From NCBI GenBank assembly GCA_023920165.1, contig CP089276.1, positions 4,526,001-4,590,000 of the forward strand: a DNA stretch of 64,000 bases, written 5' to 3'. The notes beneath the pieces are model-generated. The model saw only the letters and a program-made list of their open reading frames with translations, was not told the DNA's origin and searched no databases. This stretch comes from Curvularia clavata. Its lineage: Eukaryota. The stretch's first letter is position 1. Each line of letters opens with the position of its first letter. Positions 49,490-60,947 of this stretch are shown here, in pieces. The position numbers were made by a program, and so were the translations under genes.

Positions 49490-52400
49490 TTATGTTCCAT
49501 CCATGAGGTAAAGCTGCCATTCGTTCTTCACCTTGCACTGTTTCAAAATCTTCATGTGTGGAAGACCTTCCTGTACCTTCGGGGTATCGATCTTTGCAAT
49601 ACCTATGATGCAGTTGATGCAGATGAAATGATTCTTACAATCAGCACACCATAGCCCTTGAGCCATGGCAAGTATGTATGCTAGACCCATGTTAGCCGCA
49701 AGGCCTCAACAGATCTTAGTATAGAGAATTGAGCTGCTTACCTTGCTGACAGTAGTTGCACACGACTTGGTTCAAGACGTTTTTAATGGACCTCATCACT
49801 GTAAACTTGTAGAGATAGTGCCTATGCCCGTGACGATTGGTGAGGGTGCATTCTGCACAGAAGCAGTCGCCGCAGTCTTTCTTCAGGCAGAGAGAACCAC
49901 CTTTGTCAAAGGCGAGATCTGAAATCCAGGTAAGCAAAACTGTGGGTCCAACTCAAGCTGAGATTTGGGGGAAGATTGGAATACTCACTCTTTGTGCAAA
50001 GCGCACACTTCAACGGTGTGGGGTTCACAACTTCCGGTAAGTTCCCCATTATTTCCTTGCGGCGGCATGACCGATAGGAGACTCTGCGATAAAGCTCCAA
50101 AATGAATGGTGTGATAATCAGCCGAAGGTGCAAATGGATGTGACTGTGGTGTTTGCCTTCTGCAAATCCTGCAAATTGTAAGCCCTGCAACCATTCACGC
50201 TTTAAGTTGTACATACTTTCGGGGCACTGCGAGCAACCCCATAGACTCTTAACTGCTTCTTGGACGTTATCTGGCCCCGAATCTTCGTATACAACTTCGA
50301 AAGTGCCAAATTGGTGTTTTCCAGTATGCTCTTCGTCTCTCTCAAAGCATTGCAGACAAAGACTCTGACTTGATCCGAATCCACTCCTACAGGTACGACA
50401 AAAGTATCCACGCTCCCCGCCGGCGAAAACTGGTCATCGAGTTAGTGTTATGTGTCTAGAGATTGAATGAGCCTCACCTCTATTACAACGTTCGCAGTGT
50501 CCGCCAAACCAAGTCAAACTCAAACATTGACAGTCGCTCGTGACCCACTGGTTTTCTGTGTTCCAGAATGGTGGATAGGTTGCAAAGAAAGACCGGTGAT
50601 CAGGATGCATTTCGCGGTGCTCTTTGAAGAATTCGATGCGGCGATCGTGGTAACCCACACAATTACGGCACAAGGCCTTGTCGCACTCTTGACATTCCCA
50701 GCGGGACTTTGCGTCTTTTGCGCAATACTTGCACGAGGCAGAAGGCTGAATTCCAGCAGGAAGCTTCTCCATCCACTGCATAACGTTGAAACGAAGCATG
50801 TTGCGGAGATGGGCTGGTTCATGTGAATCGTGACAATCCTCGCAGGTAAAGAGCTGACATTCTATGCATAGAAACATCTTTTCGAGATAGGGTATTCCTA
50901 AGTATATGTCAGTATGGGCAGGCTGTTCGGGACTAAATTTCGACCAACTAACCCCTGTGACATTCTTCGCAAAATTCCGCATAGACAGTGGACATTGCGT
51001 GGAATCTTTGATATGCATGCAAGTCTAGAGAATGCAGCGTCAGCTTTTGTTTGACCTGATACTTGAGACAGCCTCTTACGTAGAACCTTACTCACCTTCT
51101 CCAGCAATGTAACCAAGCCTTTGCCCAGATGTCTTCATCATGTTTGCGCACTTGTTGAAAGCAGTTGCAATGTCTGGAGATTTCATATATGTTCCAGTGT
51201 GAGCCATAATCTCGCCAAGGGCTTCCCACTCATGCAGCCTAACATCTGCTAGGCCATGAAGTACATTGAATCGGAACAAGAGGTTATTTTCAACCATGTC
51301 TTTATTTCTCTTCCTAAACCGGGCATTCTCGTCTTCGGTGTCTGTGACTAATTTGGCAAGTGCTTTACCAAGATCTGCAACGTTGCTAGCGAGGACGTTA
51401 GGGCCGGGTGCGGCACCGGTGCCGACGCTGACAATCAGCCTTTCTTGGTTTGGCCAAAGCTCTAGAAGATGAATTATTAGAAGCAGTTGTATAAAAGCAA
51501 GGAAGACTCTGTACCTCTAGACTCCTGGTCGGCCTTCTCAATGGGGTTGTTGTATCGCAATGCGCCATCCACATACTTCTGGTATCCGATCTGGATTGGT
51601 GGGAAAAAAGTAGATGCAGCCGACGTCGCTCTAGCAGCTTCCCAGATTTTGCAAATGTCGTAAAGATCATCCCACTCGCCGTCACCGCTTCTGTAGCTGC
51701 GGATGACAACCGTATCCGCATTGATGCCTTGGGCCGCGCACACAAACACTTTGGGCGAATCGCCGGAATCGTCCTTGAGCAATTCCGTCTCCGAAAGGCC
51801 TCGATCTCGGCACATTTCCTTGACTACCTGTTCCAAAGGCTCAGACTCGAACTTGCCATCTGCCCTCAGCGTTGCAAGAGCGCGACCCGCAACGTTGCCT
51901 CTTGAGTGCACTGGCGTAAATATCTTTTGTGAAAGGGTTTTGTATGCTTCGATGGCTTCGGCGACAGACATACGCAGGCGCCCTAGCATGATTGCAATTA
52001 AACCCCCAGTACTTGTTCCGGCGATCATATCAAATTCCTGCCACGGCTCAAGCCTGCCACCACGCTGCTGTTCGAGACGGTCCATAAGATGCTTCACAAT
52101 CATCAAGCTCGCCAATCCGCGGACGCCACCACCATCAAGACAAAGAATCTTGCGAAGTACAGAGGCATGTCCCTCGGTTTGTACTCGAAGCACCGACGGC
52201 TCAGGCTCGTTTTTCGGGGCCTTTCTGGATGGAGCGGGAGCACTGACGGGGCTAGCGACTTCTCTAAAGCTTGGAGATAGCGCTGGGGTTGGGGCTACAG
52301 AAAGTGTTTCCATTTCTTGTTGCAGACTCATCATCTGGTTGGGTTGCATAGAAGGCTGATACAAGAAAGACGAGGGTGGCGAATTCGCTGGTTGATATGC

Positions 52401-53436
52401 CTGTAGTTGCATCTGTTGCTCTTGTTGCTGCTTCTGCTGCCAAGGCATCAAAGACTGTTGGTATGGCGCTGAATGATGTTGCCATTGCGGAGGAGGAGGA
52501 GGAAAACTCATAACTGGAGTCTCCACTCGTTGGCGCTGTGGAGTAGGAGGAACTGTTGTAGGGTAGTTGTTTGAAGGGTATGAAACACCGGGTGCGGAAC
52601 TTCCCGGTGGAGGTGGTGGGCTCATGGCCCAGCCTTGGGCTTGAGGTGGTAGGCTCGTGGCGAGCACCTGGGGCTGAAGCGATGAACTCATGACCGGAGG
52701 GCTCGGATGCGTATCTAGCATTTGAAGCTGAGGTGTTTGTGATGCAGCGACATTCCAGCCTTGGTCGGAAGCACTACCAGAAGGTAATCGTGGTCGCGGT
52801 TGCTCAACCGGCATCTGTGACGGAACAGACGCGACAGTGACGGTTGGGCTTGCAACGTCATCAACAGGATGCAACGGAGCCTGAGGCGTCTGTTCCTCAG
52901 AAGCGATTGTTACCCCTTCTCCAGGTAGTTCCACGGCAGAGGGGGCTGAAACAGCAACCGGAGTCGCAGAAGTTGCAGGTGCAGCCGGCGTTTGCCATGT
53001 CGGCGTGTTGCTAGCAGGCGGGCTCAAAGCCTGACGTGGTGGTAATGAAGAGGGAGGAGAAGCTGCAGGCGACGGTTGTGAGTTCGAATTCAGATGAATG
53101 TTCGAGTGCTGTTCCTGCTGTTGCTGCTGTTGCGGATATTGATTTCCTGATGATTGAGAAGGCGTATGAGATTGTGGCGGTGAAGAGAGAGACTGCTGTG
53201 GAGAAACTGCTTGGGGTTGGTACTGCTGGTACTGCTGTTGTGGGTATTGGTTGCCTGGCGACTGCGATGGTGTGTCTGCCTGTGGGGGTGGAGACAGAGA
53301 GTGCTGCGGAGAAAAAGCTTGCTGCTGATACTGCTGCGCGGGAGCTTGGTAGGGATTTTGTGCTTGGAACTGCTGGTATTGCTGTGTTTGAGCCGGCGTG
53401 TACAGCTGTGTCTGTTGGTACTGCGGAAGCGGAGTC

Positions 53437-53468
<32 letters not shown>

Positions 53469-53918
53469 CTGCGGCGGCGGCGGCGGCGTCTGCTGATACT
53501 GGTGTATATGCGGCTGGTAAGTCTGGTTGGGTGGTGAGTTTTGTTGTACTAGCGGTACTTGGTGGGACCACTGCGGGGGCTGAGGTGTTGCTGGCTGAAG
53601 TTGAGGCGACTGCACGGCACTGTACGAGTATTGCGGTTGTTGAGGCTGTGTCTGCTGGTTCAAGTATGTGCCAGGGGGTTGTGACTGGTGGGGCGACGCA
53701 TATGGCAGAGTATCGGCGTGAAGGTTAGTGGATGAGCTGGCTGGGACGGGCTGCTGATGGAAATATGGCGAAAGGCCGGTGGAGGGTGAGGGGTAAGGCT
53801 GAGCAGCGGGTGCGTAGGAGCTCTGCGACTGGTACTGTGGTGTGTTGTTACGATTGGGCGCAATCATAGGCTTGAACTCGTCGACGAGTTTCTTGCCTGC
53901 TCTGATCAACGACGACAT
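49490..53918 (-). CDS. Patatin-like phospholipase with Q/P-rich N-terminus and C-terminal array of ZZ-like zinc fingers (8 predicted exons)
   Basis: Patatin motifs DGGGVRG, GTSTG, ARATSAA, DGA, SVGTG and FRFNV. Predicted introns 51462-51514, 51025-51095, 50898-50952, 50430-50477, 50169-50216, 49919-49988 and 49681-49741 keep one open frame to TAA at 49490. Confidence 0.82.
53436..53489 (-). repeat. Coding trinucleotide tracts: (CCG)6 poly-Pro followed by (CAG/CAA)12 poly-Gln
   Basis: Encodes PPPPPPQQQQQQQQQQQQ in the patatin gene. Confidence 0.9.
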
Positions 53919-54793
53919 GGTCAGCGAGGTCGAGACGTCGATGGAGGGGTGCGACGGACCTGCAGATAGGGCAGGCTACGCAGACTTCTTATTCTTAGAA
54001 CACGGCGGCAGCCTTGTCGGGAGGTTTAGTCCGGTTCGAGGCTTGAGCCATATTGTTTTCAGCCGCACATGGCGGAAACTGGCCGGATTTGTTATACGTA
54101 CGGCTGGACGGATGGTCACGCGAATGCAGCCACTCAAGGGGAAGCGACGCCATAAATGGCAATGGCGTCTAGAAAATGGCCGGCTCTGCCCGCCATGTCC
54201 CCTCACCATAGTTACGAGTACAGGAGGGCGAAAGCAGGATACATGAGGGCTCAAGATATGCCTGGACGTGGTATGAGGTTGTAGTGTAATCTAGCGCCCA
54301 GGGCGTTAGGGTTGCCTACTAGCATAGTAGAGTTTGGGGTAAAGCCCAAAACACCACGTCAATCAGCATGCGTCAGACTATTGCAGCAACACCACTGATG
54401 AGATAAGTTGCAGGAGTACCCGCGTAGCGCAAATCCAAGTAGAGTGGACATGAATAGCGTGGATCCGCTTGACGAGATATTGGAGTATTTGGCCGCACGT
54501 CGCATCGCCGTGTGCAGGCGGGTGTCACCAGCAGGGCATTGTGAGATGACCTAATACTCGGCCATGGAAGAACCGGCTGCCATTGTTTGAGTCAAGATTG
54601 CATCTGGCCACGGCTGGTACATCGAGTGCGATTGGCTGAGATTTGAAGGCTGCGCGTGGTACAGCATGTGGTGACGGCTCGCATCGACCCAATGCATAGG
54701 CTTCAACCCTGCAGCGTATCTCATCCTGGCCTGGTACCATGTCAATGTTCCATGTCGCATGCTGTAGTATTAGCGCATCGCTGTGAAGGGGGG

Positions 54794-56257
54794 CTCTCGG
54801 TGGACTAGAATAGCCGGACAACCATCGCCCCCACCAAAACAATGCAACCCCTGACATGCAACCACCCACCATCTCACCACCACGTACTCAAATATATTGA
54901 TTTCATAAGCAAAAGTAGTGTATTTTACTGTCCGAATTCAAATATTACAATGCCAAGATGTAAAAGATTTATGACGCCGCCGCAGGAGCTAGTTAAAGAT
55001 GCTGATGCACCACCCCAACTTGACACCCCTCGACGCGCCGCCATTATCGCGATACTCTATTATTGCGAGATACAGAAGCTACCATGTAGTTACAGGCGTA
55101 TTTCCAAAACACTTGGCATACTAAAATCTACGATATCCGACGTTGCCGCGTCCCGACGATGCCGCCGACTGCAGCACTCTGATGAGCTCGATCCACGCGG
55201 CATGCCGCCAAAATTCACCACGTCCGACGCCGACGCTGTTGCCACATATATCAAAAATGCTCCGTTTCATGAGAAGAGTGATTCTTGGCAAGATTTGGCT
55301 GAGAAAGCTGGTGTAGTGAAGGAGTATAAGCATGAGAAAGGTGCAGAAAACATTCAGTGGAGCTCTCATTACATATAATGACGAGTTACTCGACTCTTAG
55401 GCATTAAAACACACAAAGCTATTACTAAAGAACGTTATAGTCCGGCATAACTTGACTTACGTAAGGCATACGTCGATAGGTATCTTTCTAAGAAGCTGGA
55501 TGCACGAGACTGGCGCAATGTGCTCTGGTGTGATGAGCTTTACTGGATGACTGGCCCTAGATATCAGAAAAATATTAAAAGAGAGGTAGGCCAGGCTGCC
55601 AAATATCACCCGGATAACATCTAATATAAAAAAAATTACAAGCCAAATCCTGAATTACAAGATCACTTTCACGTCTACTGTATTATTGGTTACAACTTTG
55701 CATGGGCTCTACTCTATTCTACTACGTTAGAAAATGGTAAAATGGATAGTAAAACATATACGGAGTACGTCCTGCCTGAGTTGCAGAAGTACTTACTTAG
55801 AGTGGGCGGTGAATATATTCTGTGGCAGGATCGCGATTCGTCTCACACCAGTAAGAAAACTCTCCGCTAGATAGAACTCTATGGTATGGACTATATCCTC
55901 TTACTACCCAAATCACCCGATCTTAGTGTTATGGAGACCTGGGTTTCACCACTCAAGCGCCAATTTTGGCAGCAAAGCTGTACTACGAGGGTTCAGGGGC
56001 AGCAGCGTTTTCGTTGGATTTGGCGTGCACTTGAGAAGCTTAAAGTCAATAAAACTATTGACAACTACCCACTACGACTCTAACAAGTTCGGGATATATA
56101 TCAGTATAGAGCCTCGCGCTTCTGATAATTTTTTTTGCATGTTTTGAAATGTAATTTTGGCTGATTTTGGCTGTATTTTAACGTGTTGTTGCATTGTGAC
56201 GCGTGTGCGCGACTTTGGTGGGGCGGGGGTTGTCCGGCTATTCTAGTCCACCGAGAG
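54794..56257 (+). mobile_element. Tc1/mariner-superfamily DNA transposon (DD34E), 1464 bp, inactivated
   Basis: Perfect 30-bp TIRs (54794-54823 and 56228-56257; CTCTCGGTGGACTAGAATAGCCGGACAACC), extending imperfectly to about 45 bp, enclose a transposase frame. Confidence 0.92.
54950..56125 (+). pseudogene. Tc1-like transposase pseudogene
   Basis: Single frame with no frameshift. HTH-like N-terminus, then WRNVLWCDE, WQDRDSSH and SPDLSVME, with 34 residues between the second D and E. Six in-frame stops start at 55376, 55379, 55448, 55622, 55868 and 56081. Confidence 0.9.
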
Positions 56258-58450
56258 GGGGGATGAGGGATGCGAGGGGAGCCTCGGCGTTAGGCACCTC
56301 CGACATCTCCGATTGGCTAACAGCCTCACGTAAACACCAACCAAACCTACCCTACGCGTCATGGTTCCACTCCCTCATGAGATGCATCTCAAAACAGCGC
56401 ATTCGCCCCTCAACACACTGCATTCTCCGGCTCCCTTCAAGCCTGTCTCTCACTATGCGTCGTCGAGTCATGAGAACTTTGCGCGACCACGGAAAGTCAC
56501 CCAGTCCTTGACCACGCCCCATGGCATGCCATAACTTCCACGGCAGGGCCGCTCAGTTGGGCATTATACTAGGCTAAGCCGGTGCAACGGTACCACTTTA
56601 TGCGCATGAATGCTACATTCAAGACCCTCTGGCTTCTCACAGACTTTTTCTAAGCTCTAGGCCGGCTCAAGCCGACAGCAGTCTCCCCTCCTTAGCAATG
56701 GGTGCAAAGATACTCGCACTTTTACCATTTCCAAAAGCGCAATTCTGTTCGCCAACTTCGCCGCATTACTCCTACATATCGCGAATGGCCGAGAGGGCCG
56801 TTGTTTTATGAGACAGTATAACAAATTGGGCCGGCGAAGGCATAACAAGAAGCAGAGGAACGTGCTACACATTCGGCACTTAAGCTTCCTTTGGCCTAAC
56901 ACAGGAGAGCGAGCGATACTCAGACATTTTAGGGACAATGCAATCATGAGTTTGAAGCATGCCGACTAGAAGGGTGCGACAACACTCCTACCTGCGGCGA
57001 AGCACAAGATTCGAGGGCAGCCTAAACAATATGCGGTGCGCAACGTCAGTGCACACACATTTCGTCCAAGAATACGACTTGAGATGCATCATGAGCAGTA
57101 CACCAGTTGCGACAGCCCATAAATAGGGTTGATGACTTGTGGGGGCAAGGGTGGATATTTCCAAGTCCAGCTGCTGAAATCTCTGGGACTATGTGACTGA
57201 CGATATGGGATCAGCATGAGAGTTGATACACGTGCCAAGGGGCTGGGTAAGAATTACTAAATAGCCTTAACCTTGGGGATACACCCAGACACAACAAAGA
57301 CTTAACACATACGGCTCGCCGTTCTCGGTCAGAGTGTGACAATCACAGTGAGCTGGGTGCAAGATGATCTGCCCTCTTCGAGCTTATGCCTTGTCAAGTA
57401 TTGCAATGTGCAGCCTCATGCAATTGTATCCTGTTTTGTTCGCTACACACATCAGCCTTCTACCAGGCTGTGGCATACTTGCTATCATGGTTCAATCTCA
57501 TTCACTGCGCAGTGCTAGTCCATGCAGCCACTCTCTCAAGTATGAACCAGAAACACCGCCGCGCCAACAGGATTTCTTGAATCCGCCTTGCACTTGCCTG
57601 CCTCGTGGTCGCCGACACATCTGTTTGTTTATTCGAACAGTACTCTGGCAGCCGTGCAGAGATTCATCTGCCGTCAACACATTGGACGGCCAGTCCGAGA
57701 TTCCTATATCGCAGCTTTTCAGCTTACCGCTGACTATTGTATCCTACTACTGGAGAGATGCCTCGTCATGAAACGCATTATGTCGTGTAGAACAAGCGCC
57801 GCCGTGGTGCAAAGCCCTACCATGTCGACAATGTTGAACCGAATCAAGACTATGATGACGCCTATGATTGAGAACCAACGCCCCTCGTGCACATGACAGT
57901 GACGACAAAGACCGCAAGGCGAATATGTGGAATGTCTCTGTAAGCTACTACCGGTTGAACTACTACCTAGATATGGATAAAAACTCCAAGTCGAAGCTTA
58001 TTCTAGTATATATGTAGTAGACCTCTTTTGCTGTCTTGTATGATTTAGAAGTTGAGTTCTGCAATTCAAAAAGGTATACAATCGCTAGATATAGACATGA
58101 ACCCTAATACTAAGTCCATTTTGGCGCAATTCGCAGCCTGAGTCGCGTCTCATATTAGTTCGGAAGTTATATCACTCGTGTCCCTACATTCTATATAGTT
58201 AGATTATCTCGCCATAGAAGCTCCTTATGTTGACCGCTATATGTCTACTTCCTTAGCTTGATGATAGTGACATAGCTTAGTGTAGAGACAAAAATTTGTC
58301 TCTGGACGTCTTATAACAGCTAGCTAGAGGGAAAAGAATAAGAATATCATAATATCCTTCTGCTATGGTTTCTATTAAGCCCTCAAAGAAAGTAACAAGA
58401 TTTGGTCTAGAAATTCCTCCAAACTAGGCCTTTTTTCAAATCCTCATGCT

Positions 58451-60606
58451 CTATATACAAACAAGACAGGAGCGAAGATATTCCTCTACCTGAACAGTGC
58501 CAGATAAAGTAGCCACTATCCCAATGTACCCGTCAGGCCTGACCACAGTGATGCGTCCTTCATCTTTTGATACACCATATATCTCATACGCGTCTTCTTT
58601 CTGCGACAATCCATATGTCCGCATCTCAGCAAGCTGCTTCACACTCGCGGGTATCTCAGTCCACTCGAATCTTTTCTTTAGAGGGTGAATGACAACGAGA
58701 TCGATCGTGCCTGCAGGAAAATGATCTATGATCTTACTGCATGATATCAGGGAGAGTTGAGAGACCCCTGATTTGTCAATAAAATCATTGCTTGCAAGTA
58801 CAATGACGCGGTATCTGCCTACTGAAGGCATCTCTTTGATCCACGTCAGCTAAACTGTAAGTTATTGGTAATGCAAGCTAATGATACGTACCATCGTGCA
58901 ATTGACGAGTAGTTGCATCCGCATAACGTTTTACTTCGACATTGAGCAAACGCTTTCCTGGAATCAATTCACCACATAGCCGATCGTTTAAATCAAGTCG
59001 GGGTTCAACTGGCATCCGAACCAATATGCTCGGTTGATAATGAAGACCGCATCCGCTTGTGAACCCGCTGCCTTCCCTGAAGACACGAAGGAATTCTTCG
59101 TGCGTAAGACCTGAATCTGTAGAATCTGCAGACCCAATCTTACCAGAGAAGATGTGGGAGAATTTCGTGTCAAATTCGATGAGTTGGCGGGCAGTGTCAG
59201 CACGCTCCGACTCAAAAGTTTCCAGTATTGGGTCCGCCACTCCTGATGAAGGACGCGGCGTCAATCCGTGGATGCTGTGAGCGAGTTTCCATGCAAGATT
59301 GTAAGAGTCCATCATAGACACGTTCATGCCTTGCCCGGCTTTTGGACTATGCGTATGACACGCTGCTACTGTCAGTTTGTGTTCGCTTCAGAAAAGGTAT
59401 ATGGCTTAGCTCACCGTCGCCGACAATGAATATTCTGTCGATCCCGTCAGGTGTTCTTGCAGAGAATTTGGGCGTCATTCGTTGACCTATCTGGTACGCA
59501 GCCCACCAATCTGGCGTGGTCCCTTCCTTAATACTGATACTGTAAGGGAAGAAGACCGCTCGTGCTTGCTCGAAAATATAGTCCAGTGTTACAGCTGCAC
59601 GTTTCTTTTTAGCGGCTGACTTCTTATCTATTCCAGAATCTTCATCTCTGTTGACCTCCCCCGGCACTTGTACATATAGGCGGGTAAGATATTCGCCTGT
59701 GGCAATCTGTTCCCTAGGAATAACCATGACTGATCCTGAATCTGAATGTACTGCACACCGCTTACGGATATCAGGAAAGTCTGTAGTTGCAACAAAGTCA
59801 CAGACTCCCCATATATGGTCCGTCGTCTCACCCTGAAGACTCAGTCCCATGCATGTTCGCACTTGTGATCGGGCACCATCAGCCCCAATAAGGTACTTTG
59901 TGCGTATGGATCCCTGCTTCGTACTGCCATCAATGTCGTCATATTCGTATCTGACAAGAATTGGAAACCTGGGATTAGCCTCATCTACAATGTACTCGAG
60001 GAAGCGATGAGATCTTCGAATTGTGTCCTCGGGTGCATATAAATGAAGGTTCTCTTGAAGTATCCGCTCGATGCGACCTTGGTGGATCGTAACTTCGAAA
60101 GGGAAACGAGCAGGCACGTTCACGTCAGGCACGAACTCAGAGCGCTCAATTCCTCTTCTGGTGCCACTGGGGCTCTCCTGGGAACCCGCAGATACCGGAT
60201 TCCAGAAGGCGACCTCTTCCATATGACAACCTTCATTTATGATCTCGGCGGCTATCCCAAGGGACTGAAGGACCTCCAATGTTCGAGGTTGCAGACCATC
60301 TGCTTGGCCAGCCTTCAATGTTCCAGGTTTGGAGTCTAAACAAAGTAATGAAGATCCGGTGATCCCATATCTGGCCAGCAACAAGGTTAAGAAAAGACCG
60401 CTTGGCCCTGCCTTTTCGCGAACGTGTCAGTGACGATATTATTTGAGGCCTGTATTCATACTTACGCCGATAACAACAACTTCGCGACTCTCTTCTTGAC
60501 TGGGCGAAGGTTCTGGTCTGGCTGAGAGTCTTGGGAGAGGCAGGGCACGAGAAGGAAGGATCCTGAGGTCTCTTGCTGCATTCGATGTCTCTTGAAAGAC
60601 CGGCAT
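58451..60606 (-). CDS. Phenol 2-monooxygenase-like flavoprotein hydroxylase (multi-exon)
   Basis: ATG at 60606. VVVIG|AGPSG, GQADGLQPRTLE, GADGARS, FIVGD|ACHTHSPKAGQGMNVSMMDSYNLAWKL, and a C-terminal thioredoxin-like VVRPDGYI. Confidence 0.93.
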
Positions 60607-60947
60607 AGCGTAAAGATTTATAAAACAATTATTCGATTACTCTTGGGACTATCAATAGGTTAGTGTACGGTACCCTGGAGCATTTAATAGTTTTATGTCA
60701 GAGATACTGCCCACTGTTGAAGGGCTTCGGAGAATGCCACAGTCACATGACATGCTGTCGCCGGATCTTCGGCTCATATCCGACTTCCGGTTGAGATTTT
60801 ACCGGAGGCGTCCTGGCCTTCCTATTCGTCGCACCATGGCTATAAGCAGAAAAGCGGAAAACCGGCATTAATGAACATAAAGCCCCGGCTCTGCCAACAA
60901 CCTTAAATCTTCCGCCAGCGACTGTCGCACACCTCGAAGCATTCCGA

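Noticed and set aside
53011..53728. Ala/Val/Leu-rich ORFs (53036-53728 +, 53011-53571 -, 53211-53537 +)
   Set aside because: Alternative-frame or antisense shadows of the CAG/CCG-rich patatin N-terminus.
49490..53918. Canonical patatin-NB-ARC/NACHT NLR
   Set aside because: No Walker A motif or TPR/ANK/WD repeats follow the patatin domain.
57700..57950. Hydrophobic minus-strand peptide (WFSIIGVIIVLIRF..)
   Set aside because: Interrupted by stops with no identifiable family.
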